A stretch of DNA of 64,000 bases. Source: Candidatus Poribacteria bacterium. GTDB lineage: Bacteria; Poribacteria; WGA-4E; WGA-3G. The stretch spans positions 4,320,001 through 4,384,000 of the forward strand of contig OZ240248.1 in the NCBI GenBank assembly GCA_965198235.1, written 5' to 3'. A program made the position numbers and the translations under genes. Positions 19,615 to 27,569 of this stretch are shown piece after piece; within the stretch, counting starts at the first letter, position 1, and the number at the start of each line of letters is the position of its first letter. The notes below the pieces were generated by a model. That model did not search any database. It was given only the letters and a program-made list of their open reading frames with translations, and was not told where the DNA came from.

Positions 19615-20791
19615 AATACAAGCCCCAAAGGGCAATCCTAATTATCTCAAGTTAAAAGCTACGGCACAACGGCGTGTGCCTGCTACCTTTCTAATTTTCC
19701 TATTGTTCCTCGCCTCACACGCAACTTTCGGCAACTGGGTAAGTTTCCGTGGTAACCCACAACTCACGGGTGTCGCAGATTCCCAACTCCCCGAAAATCC
19801 CCAATTGCGCTGGACTTTTCAGGCAGGAGATATGATTGAGTCTACTGCCGCAGTCGTCGATGGCACAGTCTACGTTGGCGCGTTAGATGGAACCCTCTAC
19901 GCAGTCGACGCACAAACCGGCGAAAAGAGGTGGACGTATCAGGTAGAAGGAGCGATCAAAGCCTCGCCATCTATTCACAACGGAGTCGTCTACTTCGGTG
20001 ATGGGGATGGGATTTTCCATGCGGTGGACATTAACACCCAAGAAACGAAATGGCAGTTCACTACGGAAGGTGAAATCATATCATCAGCAAATGTCGTTGG
20101 CGACCGCGTGCTGTTCGGCTCGTATGACGGATTCCTCTACTGTCTCAACCAAGAAAACGGAGAGCTGGTCTGGAAATTAGAGACTGAAGGCTACGTCCAC
20201 GGCACCCCTGGGGTTTGGACACACGTCGCAAGCGATTCTGGCAAGGCAGAGAACTTCGCGATTGTCACCGGATGCGACAGTTATCTCCGCGTTATCAATA
20301 TTGACGACGGGACACAGACGCAACAGGTAAATCTCGGCGCGTATGTCGGTGCAAGTCCAGCGATTTCAGAAAACCGCGTCTATTGTGGCACGTACGGCAC
20401 CGAAATATTGGGAGTTGCCTTAGACACTGGGGAGATTGCATGGCGGTATCGGCATCCCAAACGCAGATTCCCATTCTTCGCTTCAGCCGCCCTCACGGAA
20501 GACAGCGTTATCATCGGAGGACGCGATAAGATGGTGCATGCGCTCTCACAGGCGACCGGCGAGTCGCTATGGACGTATACCGCTAAATCCCGTATTGAGT
20601 CTTCCGCCGTCATTGTTGGCAGGCGCGCCTTCTTTGGAACAACCGGCGGGGTGTTTATCGCTTTAGATATTACGACTGGGGAATCGGTCTGGGAATTCGC
20701 AACAGGTTCGTCTATCGTCGCCTCACCCAGCGTTTCCGACGGTAGAATTTATATCGGGACCGAGGACGGCATCCTGTATTGCTTTGGATAG
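19598..20791 (+). CDS. Exported PQQ-binding-like (BamB-type) beta-propeller protein
   Basis: Hydrophobic signal-like stretch, WVSFRGN, and eight SSPxVxDGxVYxG...TGExxW repeats. Confidence 0.85.
   Translation: MNRFIEIQAPKGNPNYLKLKATAQRRVPATFLIFLLFLASHATFGNWVSFRGNPQLTGVADSQLPENPQLRWTFQAGDMIESTAAVVDGTVYVGALDGTLYAVDAQTGEKRWTYQVEGAIKASPSIHNGVVYFGDGDGIFHAVDINTQETKWQFTTEGEIISSANVVGDRVLFGSYDGFLYCLNQENGELVWKLETEGYVHGTPGVWTHVASDSGKAENFAIVTGCDSYLRVINIDDGTQTQQVNLGAYVGASPAISENRVYCGTYGTEILGVALDTGEIAWRYRHPKRRFPFFASAALTEDSVIIGGRDKMVHALSQATGESLWTYTAKSRIESSAVIVGRRAFFGTTGGVFIALDITTGESVWEFATGSSIVASPSVSDGRIYIGTEDGILYCFG
19661..19687 (-). repeat. GTAG-type REP-like palindrome inside the propeller gene's 5' end
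   Basis: Reverse complement GGTAGCAGGCACACGCCGTTGTGCCGT matches intergenic 58933-58960 GGTAGTAGGCATACTCCGCTGTGCTGC. Confidence 0.6.
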
Positions 20792-20821
20792 ATTAGTTCT
20801 CAAGAATGGATTCATCAAGCG

Positions 20822-21018
20822 GAAACTTCTCAGTAATCAGCATCAGCGGATCTTTCTTCGCGACTACCCTGTAGGTGCGACTGAGGAACGGCTTCGATTC
20901 GAGATGCCCAATGGCATCCGGTAGATCTACGGCTCGCTCAACTCCCCACCACAGCAAATCGCGACGCGTTTCCCATATAGTTCTTTTTCACACCTCATAC
21001 GTATCACTGAAGCCTCTT
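20822..21018 (-). ncRNA. Candidate ~195-nt rod-shaped RNA (6S RNA-like architecture)
   Basis: Starts about 7 nt after a perfect promoter. Terminal hairpin 20858-20964 closed by TCGCGA/TCGCGA with apex GATGCC-4-GGCATC. The 5' end GAGGCTTCAGTGAT can pair with 3' ATTACTGAGAAGTTTC. Purine-rich central bubble; no credible ORF. Confidence 0.45.
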
Positions 21019-21024
21019 TTACGA

Positions 21025-21053
21025 ATTATACATCTGCTACCACAACCTGTCAA
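21025..21053 (-). promoter_or_regulatory. Consensus sigma70 promoter TTGACA-17-TATAAT
   Basis: Minus strand TTGACA ggttgtggtagcagatg TATAAT. Confidence 0.85.
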
Positions 21054-21060
21054 CATAGAA

Positions 21061-21090
21061 TTGGCATGATTCATCGTTTCATGCTATAAT
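21061..21090 (+). promoter_or_regulatory. Divergent sigma70 promoter with extended -10
   Basis: TTGGCA-18-TATAAT with TG one base before the -10. Confidence 0.65.
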
Positions 21091-21319
21091 AATGTGAACT
21101 TATACGAATGTGAGTTTGACTAAGAATCAGAGGAAACCGCCACAATACATTACGCCTGCAGTTCTAACGATGGATAGGTCACGGCAAGCCGAAGAAAGTG
21201 CTATTACTTCGCAGTGAGAATAGAAACTGGACTCACGTTATACGAACGTTATGCCCCACATCTCGTGCCGCAGGATTGCGAAAATGCCGATACGCGTTCA
21301 AGGCAAAGGAGCATCAATA

Positions 21320-22660
21320 ATGCCTGAAACAAAACCGGAACCTGCAACGGCAGGCATAGATTCAAAAGACACAACCGTAGGAAGCGTTTTCGTCTCCAAC
21401 TACCCGCCGTATTCCATATGGGGCGAATCCGATGTACCAGAAGTACAGCGCGCGCTTGGTGAACAGCCGCGCCCAAATGCCACACTGGGGCTATACCTCC
21501 ACATCCCTTTCTGTCGCAAGCGATGCAAATTCTGCTATTTCCGCGTCTATACCGATAAAAACAGTTCGGAAATCGACACGTATCTGAACGCACTTGCGAA
21601 AGAGGTCGAACTTTACAGCGCACAACCCGCAATCACAGGCAGACCTCTGAGATTCGTCTATTTCGGTGGTGGGACCCCTTCCTACATCAGCGTCAAACAC
21701 CTAACGGCTCTCGTTGACAGGATAAAACGGGTGATGCCGTGGGATGCTGCCGAAGAGGTCGCTTTTGAATGTGAGCCGGGCACCTTGACAGAAAAGAAAG
21801 TAGAGGCGATCAAAGGGATCGGTGTAACCCGACTGAGCCTCGGCGTTGAGAATCTGAATGACGAGATCCTCGCTGAAAACGGTAGAGCACATCTTTCTAA
21901 AGAGGTGTATCGCATTGTCCCGTGGATAAAGACGTTGGCGTTCGATCAGGTCAACATCGATCTCATCTCAGGCATGATAGGTGAAACGTGGGAGAGTTGG
22001 CGAGAAACCGTCAAAAAGACCATTGAACTTGATCCGGACAGTATTACCGTCTATCAGTTGGAATTGCCGTTCAACACCGTTTATTCTAAAGACATTCTCG
22101 GCGGTGACACACTGCCGGTCGCAGACTGGAAACTGAAACGTGAATGGCACCAATACGCCTTTGAACAGTTTGAGCAAGCCGGTTACGCACAATCCAGCGC
22201 ATATACAGTGCTCAAGAGAGACAAACACTGCCAATTCGTCTATCGCGATGCCGTATGGCAGGGCAGCGATATGATAGGCACAGGTGTCGCCTCCTTCTCA
22301 CATCTCAGCGGAATCCATTTCCAGAACGCACCCTCATGGGGAGACTACCTCAGCCATCTTGAGGAAGATAGGATCCCAGTTTACCGAGCACTGAAACCAA
22401 CGGAAACGGAACGGTTGACGCGGGAGATGATACTACAACTCAAACTCGGAAAGATCAGACCTTCCTACTTCAAAGTGAAGTTCGACGCAAACATCCTCGA
22501 TACTTTTGCCGAACCCTTCGAGAAACTGCAAAACGACGGCATGTTGCGTGTCAACGCCGCATCAGACGAAATTCAACTGACGCAACGCGGACTGCTCCAA
22601 GTCGATAGCCTGCTCCCGGCGTTCTATGCCCCTGAATACCAGAACACGCGATACACCTAG
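21320..22660 (+). CDS. HemN/HemW-like (class C-type) radical SAM protein
   Basis: LYLHIPFCRKRCKFCYF (CxxxCxxC), YFGGGTPS, RLSLGV and NIDLISG. Start ATG 21320 after AAGGAG. Confidence 0.9.
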   Translation: MPETKPEPATAGIDSKDTTVGSVFVSNYPPYSIWGESDVPEVQRALGEQPRPNATLGLYLHIPFCRKRCKFCYFRVYTDKNSSEIDTYLNALAKEVELYSAQPAITGRPLRFVYFGGGTPSYISVKHLTALVDRIKRVMPWDAAEEVAFECEPGTLTEKKVEAIKGIGVTRLSLGVENLNDEILAENGRAHLSKEVYRIVPWIKTLAFDQVNIDLISGMIGETWESWRETVKKTIELDPDSITVYQLELPFNTVYSKDILGGDTLPVADWKLKREWHQYAFEQFEQAGYAQSSAYTVLKRDKHCQFVYRDAVWQGSDMIGTGVASFSHLSGIHFQNAPSWGDYLSHLEEDRIPVYRALKPTETERLTREMILQLKLGKIRPSYFKVKFDANILDTFAEPFEKLQNDGMLRVNAASDEIQLTQRGLLQVDSLLPAFYAPEYQNTRYT

Positions 22661-22663
22661 GAC

Positions 22664-23911
22664 ATGGATACAAGAACACAATTACACCGCCTCCGTGAGA
22701 TGCTCGCTCCGGTGTTGGATACCAACGCCTTTTACAAACAAAAACTCACCGAAGCCGGGGTCACGCACCCAAACGACGTACAATCATTCGTAGACTACCG
22801 GCAGCTTCCGTTTACCACAAAGGAAGAACTCAGCACCGATCAAGTATCGCATCCACCCTACGGCACGAATCTCACCTTTCCATTGGATCGATATACTTGT
22901 CTCCACCGTACTTCAGGTACAACAGGTTCGCCACTGCGATGGTTGGACACAGCTGAGTCGTGGGATTGGTGGGGAAAATGCTGGGGAGAAATCTATCGTG
23001 CCGCTGGCGTAACCGCAGCCGATCGACTTATGATCGCCTTTTCGTTCGGTCCCTTTATCGGTTTCTGGAGTGCCTACCACGGTGCGCAGCAACTCGGAGC
23101 CCTCACAATCCCAAATGGAGGCATGACCTCCGACCAACGGATACGTGCTATTCTTAGCAACGATGTGACGGTGCTAATCGCTACGCCGACGTATGCGCTG
23201 CGGCTTGCTGAAGTCGCAGAACAGGATGGCATTGATCTACCTAAAGAAGCCTCAATTCGGGTGACAATTCACGCAGGTGAGCCGGGAGCGAGTCTACCGG
23301 CTACGAAACACCGTATTGAAAGCCGTTGGGGGGCGCGTGCGTACGACCATGCAGGCGCAACGGAAGTCGGTGCATGGGGCGTTATGTGCGAATCGCAAGC
23401 GGGTGTCCACCTCAACGAAGGCGAGTTTATCTGTGAAGTGCTTGATCCAGAAACTGGAAACCTCGCAGACGAAGGCGAATTAGTGATTACGAATTTAGGA
23501 CGTGTCGGTATGCCTGTCATCCGTTACCGGACGGGAGACTACGTCAAACTTAAACCAGCACCGTGTGAATGCGGTAGGCAAAGTCGCGTCCTTGATGGCG
23601 GCGTTATTGGACGATTAGACAAAGCCGTCATCATCCGCGGTCTGAATGTATATCCTGCTACGCTCGAAAACATCATCCTCAAGTTTCCGGACGTTCGCGA
23701 GTTCGCGGCACGTGTTTACGGAACGGGAACGCTCGATGAACTCGAAATCCAGATTGAATCCACAAATCCACGTCCTGCTGATACTGCCACTGCCGTCATC
23801 GCTGCGATTCGAGATGTTTTAGGTTTGCGTGCCGTAGTGAAAGCGGTCCCGATTGGAACTTTACCGAGGTCCGAACTTAAGTCAAACCGATTGACCGACG
23901 AACGGCTATAG
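22664..23911 (+). CDS. Phenylacetate-CoA ligase-like adenylate-forming enzyme
   Basis: LPFTTKEEL, TSGTTG, TPTYA, AGEPG, GATE, GELVIT, RYRTGD and GR.D...IIRGLNVYP motifs. Confidence 0.88.
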   Translation: MDTRTQLHRLREMLAPVLDTNAFYKQKLTEAGVTHPNDVQSFVDYRQLPFTTKEELSTDQVSHPPYGTNLTFPLDRYTCLHRTSGTTGSPLRWLDTAESWDWWGKCWGEIYRAAGVTAADRLMIAFSFGPFIGFWSAYHGAQQLGALTIPNGGMTSDQRIRAILSNDVTVLIATPTYALRLAEVAEQDGIDLPKEASIRVTIHAGEPGASLPATKHRIESRWGARAYDHAGATEVGAWGVMCESQAGVHLNEGEFICEVLDPETGNLADEGELVITNLGRVGMPVIRYRTGDYVKLKPAPCECGRQSRVLDGGVIGRLDKAVIIRGLNVYPATLENIILKFPDVREFAARVYGTGTLDELEIQIESTNPRPADTATAVIAAIRDVLGLRAVVKAVPIGTLPRSELKSNRLTDERL

Positions 23912-24056
23912 TACGCTCTCTCAACTATGTGTTGACGCGTGCTGCAACCTTACGTTATAATTGTTGTAAGGAAATTCCTTCAGCAAGTGCGCTGCAATTG
24001 CGACTTGCCTCTTCCAGCAGAAACAATTTAACTGCTAAAATGTTAGGAGAATTACG

Positions 24057-24326
24057 ATGTCATATTCTGATGATACCTCTGAAATTATCGCTGCCCGCGG
24101 CGAAGCACTCTATCAGCAAAACATACGTGACAACGTTGAATCCCTGCACAAAGGAAAGTTCTTGGCAATTGACATCAAAACAGGTGACTATGCAATTGCT
24201 GATGAAGATTTGGTAGCCACAGACAACCTTCTTGCCAAGCACCCTGATGCGACCATTTACGGTTTGCGAATCGGGTTTCCAGCTGCTTATCGGATCGGCT
24301 TTAAAGTTTCGTCCCCATCGCAATGA
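24057..24326 (+). CDS. Small conserved hypothetical protein, partner of the downstream aspartic protease
   Basis: GEALYQQNIR...GKFLAIDIKTGDY...RIG pattern; AGGAG RBS; ATGA overlap with the next gene. Confidence 0.7.
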   Translation: MSYSDDTSEIIAARGEALYQQNIRDNVESLHKGKFLAIDIKTGDYAIADEDLVATDNLLAKHPDATIYGLRIGFPAAYRIGFKVSSPSQ

Positions 24327-24691
24327 TTATAGGAAGAATTACAAATAATCAAGAAGCCATCATTGAATTGGAAATTGTTGGCTTAAATCAGCGAGAGAAG
24401 ATTGAAGTCGTCATTGACACAGGCTTTGATGGCCATTTGACCCTGCCGGGTGATTTAATTAACCGTATTGGTCTCCGACGGGCAGGTCGTCGATACGCAA
24501 TCCTTGGTGATGGAAATATAGTAGCCCTTGAACTATACCGTGCGAAAGTGTTATGGCATGGCGAAGAACGCGAAGTCCCTATTCTACGAACAGACGGTGG
24601 ACCACTGGTCGGAATGGCATTGCTTAAGGGGAATCGCGTGATTTTAGATGTTGTAACAGATGGCGATGTCAGAATTGATGTTTTATCCTAA
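24323..24691 (+). CDS. Clan AA (retropepsin-like) aspartic protease
   Basis: VIDTGFDGHLTLP and PLVGMALL motifs; 122 aa single domain. Confidence 0.88.
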   Translation: MIIGRITNNQEAIIELEIVGLNQREKIEVVIDTGFDGHLTLPGDLINRIGLRRAGRRYAILGDGNIVALELYRAKVLWHGEEREVPILRTDGGPLVGMALLKGNRVILDVVTDGDVRIDVLS

Positions 24692-24709
24692 TACGAGGCG
24701 AAACCTAAA

Positions 24710-24907
24710 ATGGCGAATGAACTTGACGAAATTCGTAGAATTCGACGAAAAATTTCAGCGCGGTTCAACCACGATGTCAGCAAACTGGTCGCGCACTATC
24801 AAGCATTAGAGCAAAAATATCGGAAGTCTGGCAAATATAAATTTGTGGATCCACCACCCGAGAAGCCTAAATCCACCGAATCAGATGATGAAAAAGCGGC
24901 AGATTAA
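24710..24907 (+). CDS. Small hypothetical protein (antitoxin-like)
   Basis: GAGG RBS; DEIRRIRRKISARFNHDV helical motif. Confidence 0.6.
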   Translation: MANELDEIRRIRRKISARFNHDVSKLVAHYQALEQKYRKSGKYKFVDPPPEKPKSTESDDEKAAD

Positions 24908-24956
24908 CCTCGGATCCTTAAAACTTGAAGTAATCTTCCTTACAGAACACGCGTAA

Positions 24957-26219
24957 ATGCATATACACCCTAACCACGACACTATCGTTATCGGGGGCGG
25001 ACCCGCTGGAAGCACCGTGGCAACGCTTGTTGCGGAACAAGGTCATCGCGTCCTGCTGCTTGAACGGGAAGCTGAACCGAAATTCAGAATCGGAGAATCG
25101 CTGATTCCCGCCACCTACTGGACTTTCAAACGACTCGGCATGCTCGAAAAACTGCGGACAAGCCATTTCCCACAAAAGTACAGTGTGCAGTTCTACTCTC
25201 GCACCGGCAAAGCCTCCACTCCGTTCTACTTTTTTCAAACCAACCCACATGAAAGTGCCGTCACATGGCAGGTCCTACGGAGTGAGTTCGACCAGATGCT
25301 CTTGGACAATGCCAAAGAAAAAGGCGTAGAAATCCGCAGGGGGATAGGCGTGCGAGAAGTCCTTTTTGAAGGGGACACAGCAACCGGCGTCGTTACGCAG
25401 CACACAGACGGCACCCGTGAAACCCTTAACGCCACCGTTATCGTGGATTCCACCGGGCAGCGATCCCTCATCGGAAGGCAGCTGAACCTAAATACGACAG
25501 AACCGAACCTCAAAATGGCATCGCTCTTTACACACTACGAAGGCGGACATAGAGACGAAGGCATTGACGAAGGTGCGACGCTCATCCTACACACCGAAGA
25601 GAAAGATTCTTGGTTCTGGTCAATCCCACTCCCCTATAATCGCACAAGCATCGGGGTTGTAGGCGAGCTGGACTACCTACTCCAGAACCGAAGAGATGTT
25701 GACGGCAAACTCAATGCCCAAAAAATTTTCACCGAAGAACTCGCGAAGTGCGCACCATTGCAACAACGGCTTGAAGGCGCGAACCAGCTTTTTCCGATCC
25801 AAAGCACGAAAGATTTCTCCTACCGTGCCAGCCGTATCGCAGGCAATAACTGGGTGCTGATAGGCGACGCATTCGGATTCTTGGATCCTGTCTACTCGAC
25901 AGGACTGTTTCTGGCACTCAAATCTGGTGAGATGGCGGCGGATGTAATCATCGAAGCGTTCCATAAGAATGACTTCTCCGAAGCGCAGCTCGGAAGTTTC
26001 GGACCTGCGTTTGTAAAGGGAATGGAGGCATTTCGGAAACTCGTCTACGCTTTTTATACAAAGGAATTTAGTTTCGCGCGGTTCCTGTCAGAATATCCAG
26101 AGCATCAGGGAGGCATCGTTGACATCTTGAGTGGAGACGTGTTTAGAAAAGACGTAACGCACATCTTCCCTGCAATGGCAGAGATGTGCCCATTTCCACC
26201 TGAAGTGCCGCTCAATTGA
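24957..26219 (+). CDS. Flavin-dependent halogenase-like FAD oxidoreductase
   Basis: GGGPAG, RIGESLIP, FPQKY (position of the halogenase catalytic Lys), WFWSIP (WxWxIP) and GDAFGFLDPVYSTG. Confidence 0.8.
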   Translation: MHIHPNHDTIVIGGGPAGSTVATLVAEQGHRVLLLEREAEPKFRIGESLIPATYWTFKRLGMLEKLRTSHFPQKYSVQFYSRTGKASTPFYFFQTNPHESAVTWQVLRSEFDQMLLDNAKEKGVEIRRGIGVREVLFEGDTATGVVTQHTDGTRETLNATVIVDSTGQRSLIGRQLNLNTTEPNLKMASLFTHYEGGHRDEGIDEGATLILHTEEKDSWFWSIPLPYNRTSIGVVGELDYLLQNRRDVDGKLNAQKIFTEELAKCAPLQQRLEGANQLFPIQSTKDFSYRASRIAGNNWVLIGDAFGFLDPVYSTGLFLALKSGEMAADVIIEAFHKNDFSEAQLGSFGPAFVKGMEAFRKLVYAFYTKEFSFARFLSEYPEHQGGIVDILSGDVFRKDVTHIFPAMAEMCPFPPEVPLN

Positions 26220-26225
26220 TCCGGA

Positions 26226-26248
26226 GTGGGAGGGCTTTGTAAGCCCGA
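26226..26248 (+). repeat. REP-like palindrome
   Basis: GTGGGAGGGCTTTGTAAGCCCGA; related copy GTGGGAGAGGTTTGTAACCTCGA on the minus strand at 58348-58370 with compensatory stem changes. Confidence 0.6.
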
Positions 26249-26275
26249 AACAACCATAACCTATAGGAGACTCTC

Positions 26276-27301
26276 ATGAAATCAATCCTGTCCTATCTAT
26301 CGATTCTCTGCGTTATACTCGCCATCGGGTGCGATAATGCTTCAAAACGCAACACCGCTCAAGATGAGAAGGGTGATACATCCGCTGAGTTAGTAAACGA
26401 TAATTCCACAAAACGCCGCTATATCAGCATCGGCACCGCCCCCGCCGGTGGCGCATTTTTCGTCGTCGGCTCCGCAATCGCCGAAGTGGTTGATGGTAAC
26501 GTTACAGAAGCGAACTGGGAAGTGACCGCTGAAGCCACTAAAGGCACACAGGAGAACATCCGTCGTATCGTGAACAGTGAACTGGAATTCGCGCTCGCCA
26601 ACGCCGCAATCTCCTATTTTGCCGTGCGCGGCGAAGGCGCGTGGGCAACCGAACACACTATCCGTAACGTCATGACACTTGCTCCCAATGTTGGATTATT
26701 CCTTACGCCGCAGTCCTCCGATATCCGTGGCATCCGAGACTTCGCCGGTAAACGGATTGTTGTTGGACCGGCGGGTGCAGGTTTCGAGTACTTCCTTAAA
26801 CCGATACTGGCGGCACACGGTATCACCTACGACGATTTCACACCGATCAACAGTACTTATATTGGGGCAGTAGATTTGTTAGCGGACGGTTCCGTCGCCG
26901 CCGCGTTCGTCGGCGGTGCGATCCCAACACCAGCCGCTATGCAAGCCAGCACGTCTCAAGACATATTCTTCATTCCGTTCGACGACACAGCGAAACAGTC
27001 TCTCTTTGCAGACTATCCCTTCTTTAACGCTGTAACTATCCCTGCCAATACCTACAAAGGACAGACGGAACCGTTCGCGAGCATGAACGTGGGCGCGATG
27101 CACCTCATCACCGCTGAGAACGTAGATGAAAACACGGTTTACGAATTCACGAAGACTTTGTATACACACCGGGCGGAAGTCGTGAAACGGCACGGTGCGG
27201 GCAAAGCCATTAACCCGAAAAATGTCGTCAAAGACACAGGCACACCTTTTCATCTGGGTGCCATTCGTTTCTACCGAGAAATCGGCATCTGGAACGAATA
27301 A
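26276..27301 (+). CDS. TAXI-family TRAP solute-binding lipoprotein
   Basis: Lipobox LAIGC; SIGTAPAGG, ATKGTQENI, VGPAGAG and PFHLGAIRFYRE motifs. Confidence 0.9.
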   Translation: MKSILSYLSILCVILAIGCDNASKRNTAQDEKGDTSAELVNDNSTKRRYISIGTAPAGGAFFVVGSAIAEVVDGNVTEANWEVTAEATKGTQENIRRIVNSELEFALANAAISYFAVRGEGAWATEHTIRNVMTLAPNVGLFLTPQSSDIRGIRDFAGKRIVVGPAGAGFEYFLKPILAAHGITYDDFTPINSTYIGAVDLLADGSVAAAFVGGAIPTPAAMQASTSQDIFFIPFDDTAKQSLFADYPFFNAVTIPANTYKGQTEPFASMNVGAMHLITAENVDENTVYEFTKTLYTHRAEVVKRHGAGKAINPKNVVKDTGTPFHLGAIRFYREIGIWNE

Positions 27302-27418
27302 AAACACTCTCTTCCATTTTTTGAAAAATCATGCACCCTTTTCGTCTCCAAACCGCGTCATTAACAACAAAGGAAATGGAAATCTGCAACATTTTAGCGG
27401 CTCGTTTGTAGTAATAAT

Positions 27419-27547
27419 ACGCGCATAGAGGGACCGGAAATAGGGTCTTCTCGGTCAAGAAATATGCTTGCCTGAAATGTCCCTATTTCCGGTCGGCTTC
27501 GGTCTGTGGGAGACTGTTCTCTTTTCAGACCGAAGTCTCATTCGCGT
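27419..27547 (+). other. Structured leader: predicted three-way junction
   Basis: Perfect 14-bp stem 27432-27445/27481-27494, adjacent 12-bp stem 27495-27506/27526-27537, and an outer ACGCG/CGCGT stem. Confidence 0.55.
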
Positions 27548-27569
27548 CCCAGAAAAAGAAAAACGTGAT

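Noticed and set aside
20858-20964. SRP 4.5S RNA (similar hairpin length)
   Set aside because: No CAGG...GNRA...AGCAG helix-8 motif on either strand.
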